Source: Minisyncoccota bacterium (GTDB lineage: Bacteria > Patescibacteriota > Minisyncoccia > Phycocordibacterales > Phycocordibacteraceae). From it: a DNA stretch of 64,000 bases. The notes under the pieces are model-generated. The model had not been told where the DNA came from and searched no databases. It saw nothing but the letters and a program-made list of their open reading frames with translations. Positions within the stretch are counted from its first letter, which is position 1, and every line of letters starts with the position of its first letter. This document shows positions 29,101 through 38,359 of this stretch, one piece after another. A program made the position numbers and the translations under genes. The stretch lies in NCBI GenBank assembly GCA_041660025.1, contig JBAZXD010000001.1, positions 305,851 to 369,850 on the forward strand. The letters run 5' to 3'.

Positions 29101-32100
29101 TGTCTGTCCGGCAAAGCCTCTCACTATTAGACCAATATCGGAAACCGCGCCGGAGTTTATTTGTAATTTTGCCCCCGGATTCGCCGTCCCAATCCCCACA
29201 TTCCCGCCGTTCGTGACGATGAAGTTTGTGGCGGTGGAACTCCCGACGACGAATGCGGGGCCCGTGATGCCATTCGGATTCACGCTCAACTGCCCCCACG
29301 GGCTCGTCGTCCCGATGCCGACGTTGCCTTGAGCATCAACAACAGACAAAGCCACATTGCTGCTATTTTGCCATTCAGTCAAATTGGCTGTTTGGGATGC
29401 CGCTGCCCGAACAACAAATGTTTTTACGCCCGTACCACCACTTGTTATAAGAACCCCCGGATTAGTGCCGATGTCACCACGGGGTTCAAAACGAATAGAA
29501 GTTCCATATTCTGTAATAGGAACACTGAGTTTTATATTGCTTGTATGTACACCAAACTGAGGAGAAGAGGCAAGTGACGCATTCGGTGCCCAAAGGCCTA
29601 GAACATTCCATGTCGATCCCTGAATACCTACATAAGCAGTCGTGCCGTCTGTCGTCTTTATGGCCAACTGCCCCGCACTAGTACCCGCGACTGTCCCTGA
29701 CGACAGGGTAAGCAAATTGGTCGGCGCTGCCGTCCCAATCCCCACATTCCCCCCGTTCGTCACAATGAAGTTGGTGGCGGTAGAGGAACCGACGACGAAT
29801 GCGGGGCCCGTGATGCCGTTCGGGTTCACGCTCAACTGTCCCCACGGACTCGTCGTCCCGATGCCGACGTTGCCTTGAATTATCATTCCGTCTGTCGGCG
29901 CGGCAATAGCAGCATATGTGCTACCGATGCTCACGTTACCAGTCACGCCAAAACGACTTCCAAAAGTAGTACCATTGCCAACAATTACCTTTTGGTTGGC
30001 AGTATCATAGCTCATAAAGTAATCAGCACCGTTCCCCAACACTCCTATCTTCCCTACATCTCTTTGTGTGTAATTAAAGTAGGTACTGGCGTCAATATAT
30101 AATAGCTGACCGGTAGATTTTACCCAGCCAGCGATATTCAATTTGTAACCCGCGGGGTCTATCGTCCCAATCCCCACATTCCCCCCGTTTGTCACGATGA
30201 AGTTCGTGGCGGTGGACGAGCCAACAACGAAGGCTGGGCCCGTGATGCCGTTCGGATTCACGCTCAACTGCCCCCACGGGCTCGTCGTCCCGATGCCGAC
30301 GTTGCCGTTATTTAGAATCCTCATCGCTTCCGTCGCGCCGTTGTTCCCCGTCTGGAATATTATATCTGCACCAGTTGTTCCTACTCCACTGGTAGAACGC
30401 AAGGTTAATGGAGTAGCTACTCCATTCCCACCGTAGTAAATACTTCCACCAGTACTTAAAGTAGCTAATACTCCAGAACCCACTTGTAAGGTGATGGGAT
30501 TGTTCACACTATAAAGTTGCATTCCACTTGATGCTCCACCACTAATTGCACTATAAGAACCAAAATAGCCAATGGTAGTTCCAGCTCTTGAAAAGGTCAT
30601 ACTAGGCCCTGTACTACTATTACTCCCGCCATCTATGGTGATGGTTGGAGAACTGGCTATTGCTCCATTCCCAACAGTAAGCAATGTTCCCGGACTCGCC
30701 GTCCCAATCCCCACATTCCCCCCGTTTGTCACGATGAAGTTCGTGGCGGTGGAACTTCCGACGACGAAGGCGGGGCCGGTGATGCCGTTTGGATTCACGC
30801 TCAACTGCCCCCACGGGCTCGTCGTCCCGATGCCGACGTTCGCCCCGTTCCCAAGTATCAAGCTGTTTGATGCGGTAACCTGGGCATTATAGCCAATTGC
30901 GGTGGCGTTGGTCAGATTATTGGTTGAGCCGTTGCCGGCATCGTAACCGATGAAAGTATTATTACTTCCCGTCGTGTTGGAAATTCCGGCTCTCATGCCA
31001 AGAGCAGTATTACCTGTGCCGGTTGTATTACCTCCTAATGCGTTCCAACCAAGCCCCGAGTTCCGTTCTCCGACTCCGGTCGTTAGACTAAGCGCGCTTG
31101 CGCCGACGGCAGTATTATAATTAGCGGTCGTATTCGCCTGCAATGCCGAATTGCCAATTGCAGTATTCTCGCCTCCGCTTGTATTGTATCTTAAGGAACT
31201 AACACCTACTGCCGTATTTGTGGATCCTCCTGCATTACTTTGAAGAGCAACATATCCTATGGCTATATTGGAGTAACCGGTTGTAACGCCAGGTAGAGCA
31301 TAATTACCCAAAGCAATATTTTGTCCTATGCCGGAAGTTGTTAAATTACCGCTAGGAGAACCGATAAAAATATTTTCCGTTCCGGTCTTGTGAATGAAAG
31401 TTGCACCGTTAAATTGGTATGTTGAAGTCGCGTTTACATTAGAAGCAACAATATCCCCGACAACCGAGAGTTTCGCGTACGGACTCGTCGTCCCGATGCC
31501 GACGTTGCCGGAAGCTGAAATACGCATTTTTTCGGAGAGGGACTGAAGTGTAGTCCCTGACGAGCCTGCGTCTGACGTTGAGAATGTAAGAGCTCCTCCC
31601 TCTGCGTTGCCGGTAGCTTTTCCTCCAGCCAAGGTAACACTTGCGCCGGCAATATTTGTACCTGACCCACCTGTCCCGTTAAGAACAAATCCCGAAGGGG
31701 TCGCGCTAATAATCCCTTTCCCAAAATAAGCCGTCGTAATGGCTTGAGTTGAGTCGTCGGCGCCAACGACAAGGGTATTCGCAACATTTGATAATGAACC
31801 CTGCCCGATAGCTATAGCTCCGAGGGCGGTTGCGCTCGCGCTCTGACCTAAAGCAAGAGCCCTTTCGGCAGACGCGACCGAACTTCCTCCAACGGCCGTT
31901 GACAAAGCACCGCTGGCGGATGTGTTGTGGCCAATTGCTGTAGAAATACTGTTAGCGGCTGATGCGTTGTAACCAAATGCAACACTGCTCCCCCCACTGG
32001 CGCTGGCCCCTCTGCCTATAGCAGTACTTAAGCTGGCCGATACTGATGCTCCGTGCCCAACAGCCAAGCTGTCTGCGGAAGTGCCTGTTGTTGATAAGTA

Positions 32101-34137
32101 ACCAACAGCCATTGACCTGTCTCCATTTGCAATGGAACCAAAACCAAACTTTTCACTTTGAGAACCGGAGCCCGGACTCGTGATGTTGCCCGTCACAATC
32201 GCGGCTCCAGCCACAGACAGCAAGTTGTATGGCGAGGTCGTCCCCACCCCCACATTCCCGCTGCCGGTCACCGTGAAGAATGTCGTGGCCGACGAAGAGG
32301 AAGAAATGCGGAATACGTCGCCGGTCTGTCCGGCGACGCTCTGGAGGGTGAGGGTGGTGTTGGTGGTGGAAGCAGAGGCGTCCTGGATGAAGAGCGGGTG
32401 ATTGAATTCGAAGCGCTTGGCGGATTCAGCCGAGTTCCAGGTGAGGAGGGCGTTCGGGGATATGGTGCCTCGCTCAAAGGAGAGATACGCGTTCTCGGTG
32501 TCGGCAGTGGCGTTGTCGGAGTTGATGTTGAAGGTCTCGGCGGTGAGGTTGCCTCCCGTGAGGGTGCCGACGATGGTGGAGGCGTTCACTTCGTTCGCGT
32601 AGATCTTGTCGAAGCGGACGGCGGGGGTGCCGATGTCCACCGTGTCGTCGAGGGCCTGGATGTTGCCGATGATGGTGTTAGAGCCGATGCGGAGGGTGCC
32701 GGCTGATGCGGTGATGTCGTGGTTGCCGGAGCCTGTGAAGGTGATACCGGAGCCTGTGCCGGTGAGGTACGCTCCAGTGCTTCCTCCCACCGAGAAGTTC
32801 CCGGAGAAGGAAGAAGTGGCTGAGGAGTCGGTCGCCATGAAGTTCTGCCCCACGACCTGTCCAGCAATGGAGAGGAGCGAGTACGGACTTGTGGTGCCGA
32901 TGCCGATGTACCCGGTTGTGGAGTCGACGACGAGCTTGTCGGTGCCGACCGTGAGCCCGCCGGCGAAGGTACTCGTGGCGGTGGTGGAGGTGGCAACGAA
33001 GTGTGGTGCGGTGGCGCTCTGGTATGAGGTGAGGGCGCCGGTGGCGATGAGAGAGCCGGAGGTGAAATCGTCGGCGGTGAGGGTATCGAAGGCGCCGCTC
33101 GTGGCAGAGACGCTGGTGCCGTTCGTGAGCGCGCCACCGTCGAAGGTGCCGCCCCTGAAGTCGCCGTTTCGTACGATGAGGTCAGAGAGGTCTTCGATCA
33201 TATTGACCTGCTGGATGGTGGTGACGTTGGTGGCCACCTGGCTCGCAACGGGCTGGATGAGGCTCGAGACCCGCGTGAGGAGCTCGGTGCGGAGCGAGGT
33301 GAGGGACTGGTTGACGAAGTCTTCGGAGACGCCACGGACGATGGTGGAGTAGTAGTTGGTGGGGTTGAGGGTGGTAACGACACGGGTGACGGCAGGAGGA
33401 GTGATGCTTGCCCTGTTGGGTGCGGAACTATCTGATGGGGGGGCGACGGGGAATGCTGGCTCGCTGGTCACAAGCTGAGATTCATCGAACGGCATCGTGG
33501 CCGGTAGTGGATTAGAGACAACGGCGAGGGGCGATGGCTCGTTAAAGATCCCTGCGAGCACATCTTGGGTACGAGAGAAAAGGCCGTTGATAGTTTCGTA
33601 CGTAGCAAGCGCCACCTGTTCCCCGAATGAAAGCGTGGGCTGAGCGGCGGCAACTGCCGCGATTTGTTTCTCGTTATTCGTGAGATGTGGAACGATTGTA
33701 GATTGCGCCGCGACTATTCCCAGCACGACGATGAATGTTGCGACAGAGAATGCGAATACATTGGTGCGCAATGATGCGCTCCAAATATCGAACCGCGACG
33801 CCGAGTGGTGTGAGAGCGAACGGGACAGTTCCGACGGGAGTTGCTGTTGAAGTGGTTTTGTCAGAGCCTTTACCGTGCGACGTACTGGAGGACGGTGCGA
33901 ATGGTATTCAGCCGCGTGGACGCGGGAACGGATCTGCGAAAGTTCTTCCTTGCGTTCCGCCTGCAGGTCAAGGAAGCGGATGAGCGAGTTGCGTTTGATC
34001 ATCCACACCTTGCCAACCTGAACTCCTTCGACTTCGCCGGACCGCGCAAGACGTCGGAGATAGCTCGAAGTATATCCGGAAAGTTTTCCAGCGTACCGAG
34101 TCGTTATCAGATCTTTTTTATATAAATTCGATTTCAT
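26146..34137 (-). CDS. Giant membrane-anchored fibre/adhesin-like protein: N-terminal HTH, TM, GNVGIGT repeats, YadA-head-like repeats, two peptidase S74 chaperone domains, Thr-rich tail
   Basis: 2663-aa open frame; about 14 GNVGIGT-like motifs; SDERLKTNI..LGFIAQ and STRSAKTDI..LGFIAE; A-I-G..A.A repeats. Confidence 0.85.
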   Translation of the reverse strand: MKSNLYKKDLITTRYAGKLSGYTSSYLRRLARSGEVEGVQVGKVWMIKRNSLIRFLDLQAERKEELSQIRSRVHAAEYHSHRPPVRRTVKALTKPLQQQLPSELSRSLSHHSASRFDIWSASLRTNVFAFSVATFIVVLGIVAAQSTIVPHLTNNEKQIAAVAAAQPTLSFGEQVALATYETINGLFSRTQDVLAGIFNEPSPLAVVSNPLPATMPFDESQLVTSEPAFPVAPPSDSSAPNRASITPPAVTRVVTTLNPTNYYSTIVRGVSEDFVNQSLTSLRTELLTRVSSLIQPVASQVATNVTTIQQVNMIEDLSDLIVRNGDFRGGTFDGGALTNGTSVSATSGAFDTLTADDFTSGSLIATGALTSYQSATAPHFVATSTTATSTFAGGLTVGTDKLVVDSTTGYIGIGTTSPYSLLSIAGQVVGQNFMATDSSATSSFSGNFSVGGSTGAYLTGTGSGITFTGSGNHDITASAGTLRIGSNTIIGNIQALDDTVDIGTPAVRFDKIYANEVNASTIVGTLTGGNLTAETFNINSDNATADTENAYLSFERGTISPNALLTWNSAESAKRFEFNHPLFIQDASASTTNTTLTLQSVAGQTGDVFRISSSSSATTFFTVTGSGNVGVGTTSPYNLLSVAGAAIVTGNITSPGSGSQSEKFGFGSIANGDRSMAVGYLSTTGTSADSLAVGHGASVSASLSTAIGRGASASGGSSVAFGYNASAANSISTAIGHNTSASGALSTAVGGSSVASAERALALGQSASATALGAIAIGQGSLSNVANTLVVGADDSTQAITTAYFGKGIISATPSGFVLNGTGGSGTNIAGASVTLAGGKATGNAEGGALTFSTSDAGSSGTTLQSLSEKMRISASGNVGIGTTSPYAKLSVVGDIVASNVNATSTYQFNGATFIHKTGTENIFIGSPSGNLTTSGIGQNIALGNYALPGVTTGYSNIAIGYVALQSNAGGSTNTAVGVSSLRYNTSGGENTAIGNSALQANTTANYNTAVGASALSLTTGVGERNSGLGWNALGGNTTGTGNTALGMRAGISNTTGSNNTFIGYDAGNGSTNNLTNATAIGYNAQVTASNSLILGNGANVGIGTTSPWGQLSVNPNGITGPAFVVGSSTATNFIVTNGGNVGIGTASPGTLLTVGNGAIASSPTITIDGGSNSSTGPSMTFSRAGTTIGYFGSYSAISGGASSGMQLYSVNNPITLQVGSGVLATLSTGGSIYYGGNGVATPLTLRSTSGVGTTGADIIFQTGNNGATEAMRILNNGNVGIGTTSPWGQLSVNPNGITGPAFVVGSSTATNFIVTNGGNVGIGTIDPAGYKLNIAGWVKSTGQLLYIDASTYFNYTQRDVGKIGVLGNGADYFMSYDTANQKVIVGNGTTFGSRFGVTGNVSIGSTYAAIAAPTDGMIIQGNVGIGTTSPWGQLSVNPNGITGPAFVVGSSTATNFIVTNGGNVGIGTAAPTNLLTLSSGTVAGTSAGQLAIKTTDGTTAYVGIQGSTWNVLGLWAPNASLASSPQFGVHTSNIKLSVPITEYGTSIRFEPRGDIGTNPGVLITSGGTGVKTFVVRAAASQTANLTEWQNSSNVALSVVDAQGNVGIGTTSPWGQLSVNPNGITGPAFVVGSSTATNFIVTNGGNVGIGTANPGAKLQINSGAVSDIGLIVRGFAGQTANLTQWKNSNDSVVASIDSGGLLSARTATFADTGDFSVSLNNSGANAHFWQISNIAGADSAGGLRFYDASSTAERLRLDNAGNITTTGNVGIGTTSPQYQLDIETNSTNAPAVARVFAVANNNSANYVAVFRSDGQINGINKVGYTGLDRYFDTNGSYAIATNAVGGIDLSANNSTSQVKILSNGNVGIGTTSPYAKLSVAGDAVFDGTITASGFTATSSISAPYFTATSESATSTFAGFIDVNGTGTNATSTFASNLWVKGTLRTGTGSMYMSDTGISSANGNIVINSAGTINAASTINGQTISSAASFTGTVAAAGTLSAQGGFITQTDGSLRSRYMYDLDSSTTYYIDLNNDSHFNTVSSAGTISATGAVSASQFNGSGAGLSGTAASLTAGAANSVAWGNVSSKPFNWSGQGGQPSWLWGSNDGSNYYVWNPSNFSVSYANTAGSAPANGGTATNVSALTGTWSAGNNFISNNDTACAGCQTLVAYSNNGSGATMSFHRAGAYAVNMGLDSDNVFRIGGWSAPADLFDMTMGGLLTMAGNICSTQYSWCMSQASDERLKTNIQPLGSTLARIMQIQPITHTWNQLYYDQHPTFAISTSTQLGFIAQQVLPLFPETVTMGPDGYYTLNYEKFVPVLTSAIQEIAFTTAFIQNNFGTTTVLTIDASGNIGIGTSTPNHTLTVAGDIGATGFINTSTRSAKTDINYLNASSTDDMLDQLVNLKVATYRYTIEDQQDPLRLGFIAEDAATIAPEILSPDGLGVDLYKLATFNLAATQALVAKVEALTTRMTSLEDRVAALESGAVSSASGSPMISIASSTEQITSWFANASNGIGDLFAKTFRASEKICVDDQCLTKDDVKALLAFVNTQATGTSGTASTTDISITPIATSTTLVDATITITDVSLTTDSTTATTTTDTATTTPPTDTTTTTTDTTIVTTDTATTTTDTTITADTTTTTTDTTAATTDTTATTDTTASATTTTP
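29185..30843 (-). repeat. Four 144-bp near-identical intragenic direct repeats (29185-29328, 29731-29874, 30163-30306, 30700-30843)
   Basis: Each encodes (G/A)NVGIGTTSPWGQLSVNPNGITGPAFVVGSSTATNFIVTNGGNVGIGT; unique in-frame spacers of 402, 288 and 393 bp. Confidence 0.92.
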
Positions 34138-34556
34138 TCTTAAAGCCGAAACTAATCAGATAATAACTGATTATTTCCACTTTCTATAAATCCTATAAGT
34201 GGATAACTTCTTGGCCACGCGAGGAGATACTTTTTGCTCTGGCACCGAGGCTTCTCAGAGGGTCAAAACAACTAGTACGAAACGCTATCCGCATACCCCT
34301 TTTGACCTCGAAATGGAGTGTCTCGGCAGAACCTTTCGTAATTGCCTTTATATACGCTGTTTAAATGCTCTATACGCCCCCTAAAGAGGCTTTTCTGGTA
34401 AATATCCGAGAGAACATCTTGCGGTATAGTGTTGTATTGCTGATATTGGATCTTGCCGAAAAAAGTAGTCCGGAGAAATTATGTCTATCTGGTGCTTAAA
34501 TGCCTATCACGTCTAGCCGAGACAAGAAAGCCAATGTTTTGGCGTATGGAATAGCA

Positions 34557-34589
34557 AAATAAAAACACCCTCGCGGGTGTCTTTATTTT
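34557..34589 (-). terminator. Terminator after DEAD-box helicase
   Basis: ACACCC-TCGC-GGGTGT flanked by A/T tracts. Confidence 0.7.
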
Positions 34590-34602
34590 CAAAGAGGGTT
34601 GA

Positions 34603-35961
34603 TTATCGCTCCGAGACGAAGGTCAGCGCCTTACCCTTCATTGCGGCGCGGCCGGTGCGGCCGATGCGATGGACGTAATCCTCGTAGGTCGAGGGGAGGT
34701 CGTAGTTGATGACGTGCGAGACGGCGGGGATGTCGATGCCGCGCGCCGCGACATCGGTCGCCACGAGCACACTCACCTTCCCCGCTTTGAAGGCCTCTAG
34801 CGCGCGCTGGCGCGCGCCTTGGGTCTTATTGCCATGGATGCTTTCGGCGTGGATGTGCAGCCGGGAGAGCGCCTTGGCGAGCTTCTCGACGCCGAACTTC
34901 GTGCGCCCGAAGACAAGCACTTTGCTAAAATCGCGATCCTTCAGCATCTCAGAGAGCACGTCGAACTTATCCTTTCCGCGTGGAATGCGGACGACATCTT
35001 GATCAACGCTCGACGGCGTGTCGCGCGTCTTGACCGAGATGATGACCGGACTCGAGAGAAAGTCACCAATGAGCTTCTCAATATCCCTTCCCATCGTCGC
35101 TGAGAAGAAGAGCGTGTGGCGCTCCTTACGCATCTTGGAGAGAATCATCCGCATATCGTCGATGAATCCCATATCGAGCATACGGTCCGCCTCGTCGAGA
35201 ACGACCGTGCCGAACTCAGTGAGCACAAGCGCCTTGCGCTCCATCAGATCCTTGAGGCGCCCGGGAGTGCCGATGACGAATGCCGGATCGTGCCGGAGCT
35301 GGGAGATCTGCGGGCCGATGTTCGCCCCGCCGACCGCGACCATACCGCGGAAGCCAAGCCCCTTGGCAAAGCCTGCGAGTTCCTTCTCGATCTGCACTGC
35401 GAGTTCACGCGTGGGCGCCATGATAAGGATGCGCTCGCCCTTCTGCTTCATCACCTTGTCGATGAGCGGAATGAGGAATGCCGCCGTTTTCCCGGTCCCC
35501 GTCTCGGCGAGCCCGACGACGTCCTGTCCGAGAAGTGCGTGCGGGATAGCCTTGTCCTGAATAGGCGTCGGCGACTCATACTTACGCGCGATGATATTCG
35601 CCTTCAGATGCGCATTGATATCGAAGTCTGAGAACTTGTGCTCCGGAACGAATACCGGCTCCTCAGTCGTGACGACTGTCTTGTTCATAAACTTCGAGAT
35701 CTCGGCCTCCGTCTCGCCGAAAGAGCCGAAGCCTCCGCGACGCGCCGGGGCGCGACCGCGACTGCCGCCGCTAAACCCGCCGCGTGCGCCATAACCACCC
35801 TTAGACGGGAAACGGGAACTGCCGCCGCTACGGCCGCCAAAACGGCTCGGACCCGTGCTCCCGTGCCCGGACGGGCGCGGCGAATACGGGCGATTACTAT
35901 CGCTTCGAGAACCTCCTGAAGAACTTCCTGCTGATTGATGATTCCAACGCCCTACTTGCAT
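34603..35961 (-). CDS. DEAD-box RNA helicase with N-terminal RGG-rich extension
   Basis: Q motif, AETGTGKT, PTRELA, DEAD, SAT, ARGID, HRIGRTGR. Confidence 0.96.
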   Translation of the reverse strand: MQVGRWNHQSAGSSSGGSRSDSNRPYSPRPSGHGSTGPSRFGGRSGGSSRFPSKGGYGARGGFSGGSRGRAPARRGGFGSFGETEAEISKFMNKTVVTTEEPVFVPEHKFSDFDINAHLKANIIARKYESPTPIQDKAIPHALLGQDVVGLAETGTGKTAAFLIPLIDKVMKQKGERILIMAPTRELAVQIEKELAGFAKGLGFRGMVAVGGANIGPQISQLRHDPAFVIGTPGRLKDLMERKALVLTEFGTVVLDEADRMLDMGFIDDMRMILSKMRKERHTLFFSATMGRDIEKLIGDFLSSPVIISVKTRDTPSSVDQDVVRIPRGKDKFDVLSEMLKDRDFSKVLVFGRTKFGVEKLAKALSRLHIHAESIHGNKTQGARQRALEAFKAGKVSVLVATDVAARGIDIPAVSHVINYDLPSTYEDYVHRIGRTGRAAMKGKALTFVSER

Positions 35962-36017
35962 AATGAATATAGCTAGCTAAATAAAAGCCTTTGAAGTCTG
36001 CTCTCGAATGTAAAAGT

Positions 36018-36335
36018 CTAAGAAATCGAATCGATCTTAACCTTGAGAATTGGCTGGCGATGCCCTTTGCGCTTGTAGTAGCGGCTCTTCGGCTTATACT
36101 TCACCACCTCGACTTTCTTATCCAATCCGGCGAGAACAACGGTGCCCTTGACCTCTGCACCCTTGATAACGGGCGCACCGATGGTCGTGTCCGAGCCGTT
36201 GTCGACGAGGAGCACCTCGCCAAAGACAACTGTGTCACCTTTTTTCAAATCCCCCGGGAGCTTCTCTATAGCAATAGTGTCGCCTTTAGAGACGACATAC
36301 TGCTTCCCGCCGGTCTTGATTACGGCCACTTCCAT
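36018..36335 (-). CDS. rplU: 50S ribosomal protein L21
   Basis: AVIKTGGKQY, KYKPK, GHRQ. Confidence 0.97.
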   Translation of the reverse strand: MEVAVIKTGGKQYVVSKGDTIAIEKLPGDLKKGDTVVFGEVLLVDNGSDTTIGAPVIKGAEVKGTVVLAGLDKKVEVVKYKPKSRYYKRKGHRQPILKVKIDSIS

Positions 36336-36377
36336 AGTCCCCATAATCTAGCATTTCCGGCCCCAATAGGCAAGCTT

Positions 36378-37433
36378 TTACTCTTCTGAGGTTACAGGCT
36401 TATCTAGCAGTTCGGGTTCGATGCCGATTTTACTTTCAGCGATGCGGTAGACATCCTTGTCTATCTTGCCGAGCTCTTTGTAGCCTGCGTTATAGTGCGA
36501 AACAGTCGTCCCGAGCGAGACGCCGAGCTTTTTATAGAACTGCTCGTAGGAGGCGACATGCTTCCCGAGCTCCCCTACCCTCTGCTGTATCTCAACTGCC
36601 TTCTTCTCTATCTGGAGCGCTTTTAATCCCTGCATCACGGTTTGTAAATAAGCTAAGAAGGAGGTCGGCGAGACTATAATGACTTTATATTTGCTTGATG
36701 CTCGTTGAATGAGGTTCTCGTCTTCCCCGGCGCCGACTTGGTTCGTGAGGAGGTCGTAATAGATGCCCTCGGAGGGGATGAACATAAAGGCGAAGTCCAT
36801 CGTGTTCTCTTCAGGGCGGATATACTTCGCCGTCTCCTGAATGCGCATCTTGAGGTCGTTCACGAACGCCTTCTCGGCATTGGCGCGTTCGGGACTGCCT
36901 ATCTGGGTGCTCACGAAGCGGTTGTAATTGTCGAGCGAGAACTTAGAGTCTATCGGGACGATTTTGTCGTTCACGAAAACGGCGGCGTCTACTATCTCGC
37001 CGTTCTTGAACGGATACTGGATCTGGTACATACCCGGCGGCAAAACGTTCTTAAGCACGGTCTCCAAGTAATACTCGCCGAGAATGCCGCGTTGCTTCGG
37101 ATTCTTAAGCAAATCCTGGAGCGATTGCAGTTGTTCGGCGAAGCCTTGCGTCTGGCGACCGATCTCTTTCACCGAGGTGACTTCCTGCGTGATCTCTTTG
37201 ATAAGTCGCGAGGACTCGGTAAATTGGCGATGAGCATTCTCCTGCATCGACTTCGAGGATTCGGCGACGCGCGCGTCGAGCGTCCGCTCGAGATTCTGTA
37301 GCTGTTGTTGGAGAAGGACCATACCGCTTCCCTCCTCGGGGATGGTTTCGCGCCGGCGGAATATGAGATACAGGCCGATGCCCTGTACGAAAAGGAGGGC
37401 GAGCACGATAAGAGCAACCGTGAACAAATCCAT
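36378..37433 (-). CDS. rmuC: DNA recombination protein RmuC
   Basis: TM, coiled coil, KQRGILGE, PIDSKF, KYI..TMDFAFMFIPSE. Confidence 0.92.
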   Translation of the reverse strand: MDLFTVALIVLALLFVQGIGLYLIFRRRETIPEEGSGMVLLQQQLQNLERTLDARVAESSKSMQENAHRQFTESSRLIKEITQEVTSVKEIGRQTQGFAEQLQSLQDLLKNPKQRGILGEYYLETVLKNVLPPGMYQIQYPFKNGEIVDAAVFVNDKIVPIDSKFSLDNYNRFVSTQIGSPERANAEKAFVNDLKMRIQETAKYIRPEENTMDFAFMFIPSEGIYYDLLTNQVGAGEDENLIQRASSKYKVIIVSPTSFLAYLQTVMQGLKALQIEKKAVEIQQRVGELGKHVASYEQFYKKLGVSLGTTVSHYNAGYKELGKIDKDVYRIAESKIGIEPELLDKPVTSEE

Positions 37434-37454
37434 ATCTGATATACTACCTCGCAT

Positions 37455-37913
37455 ATGGCTATCCACGAAACCCTGAAGAAATCAATTCCCGACGCGCTCC
37501 GCGCGCATGATGAAGTGCGGCTCCGGACGCTCCGCTCGCTCGTGACCGCGATGACGAACGAAGTTGTCGCCAAGAAGCGCAAGCCGGATGAATATCTCAC
37601 CGACGATGAGGCATTCGCGGTTGTGAAGCGCGCCGCCAATCAGCGCAAGGATTCCATCGAGCAGTTCGAGAAGGCGTCCCGTAACGACCTCGCCGAACCC
37701 GAGAAGCTCGAACTCGCCATCCTCGAGTCCTATCTCCCCGCTCTGATGAGCCGTGAAGAGATTCTTCCCATCGCAAAAGCGAAAATGGCGGAACTCGGCA
37801 TCTCCAGTAAAGCCGACGCCGGCAAATTTACTGGTGCATTGATGAAGGAATTGAAAGGCAAGGCTGACGGCGGCGACGTGAAGGCGGTTGTGGACTCCCT
37901 TCTCGCGCAATAA
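37455..37913 (+). CDS. GatB/YqeY domain protein
   Basis: QRKDSIEQF, ELAILESYLP, LKGKADG. Confidence 0.92.
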   Translation: MAIHETLKKSIPDALRAHDEVRLRTLRSLVTAMTNEVVAKKRKPDEYLTDDEAFAVVKRAANQRKDSIEQFEKASRNDLAEPEKLELAILESYLPALMSREEILPIAKAKMAELGISSKADAGKFTGALMKELKGKADGGDVKAVVDSLLAQ

Positions 37914-37977
37914 CAGCTATTGACAGTCACCCTCCTTTTGTCATACTTCGGCTATGTCCACCAACATGGAGGGACGT

Positions 37978-38232
37978 ATGAAAGCCACTGCGAGTCAGGA
38001 GGAGTTTAATCCTGTGACCGCTGACTATGGTCCGTCGAGGGAACAACTTGCAAAACTTTTTGCGCCTCACATAGGTAAGCCGTTGTCTCATCAGCAGAAG
38101 CTGGAAAGAATAGCGCGAGAGCTTTATAACGGCGACATGAAAAAGGCTGAGGCGTTCGAACGCGACGCGGCTGCTCACGAACGCGAAATCCAAAGAACCA
38201 TTCCTACGGGCGAAAAAGAGGAGAGTATTTGA
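37978..38232 (+). CDS. Hypothetical protein (alternative start 37954)
   Basis: TTGACA-16-CATACT promoter, GGAGG SD, terminator near 38260-38284. Confidence 0.6.
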   Translation: MKATASQEEFNPVTADYGPSREQLAKLFAPHIGKPLSHQQKLERIARELYNGDMKKAEAFERDAAAHEREIQRTIPTGEKEESI

Positions 38233-38320
38233 TCACTCCTTCCTTTTTGCCGATTTCTGACCGGCTGAAACAGGCCGGTTTTTTATTTTCCGTAAGTTGA
38301 GGTTGTTGGGAGAAAAATGT

Positions 38321-38350
38321 AACCCCCGCGCGGCGTACCGCGCGGGGGTT
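38321..38350. terminator. 13-bp perfect hairpin between convergent genes
   Basis: AACCCCCGCGCGG-CGTA-CCGCGCGGGGGTT. Confidence 0.7.
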
Positions 38351-38359
38351 GATTGTCGT

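Noticed and set aside
29185-30843. CRISPR-like repeat-spacer array or DGR template/variable repeats
   Set aside because: Repeats are 144 bp and in-frame coding, spacers are 288-402 bp, differences are mostly synonymous rather than adenine-specific, and no cas or reverse transcriptase gene is present
34138-34602. 465-bp gap upstream of the giant gene as an ncRNA or hidden gene
   Set aside because: No convincing ORF, repeat or recognisable RNA motif by eye; consistent with promoter and terminator space
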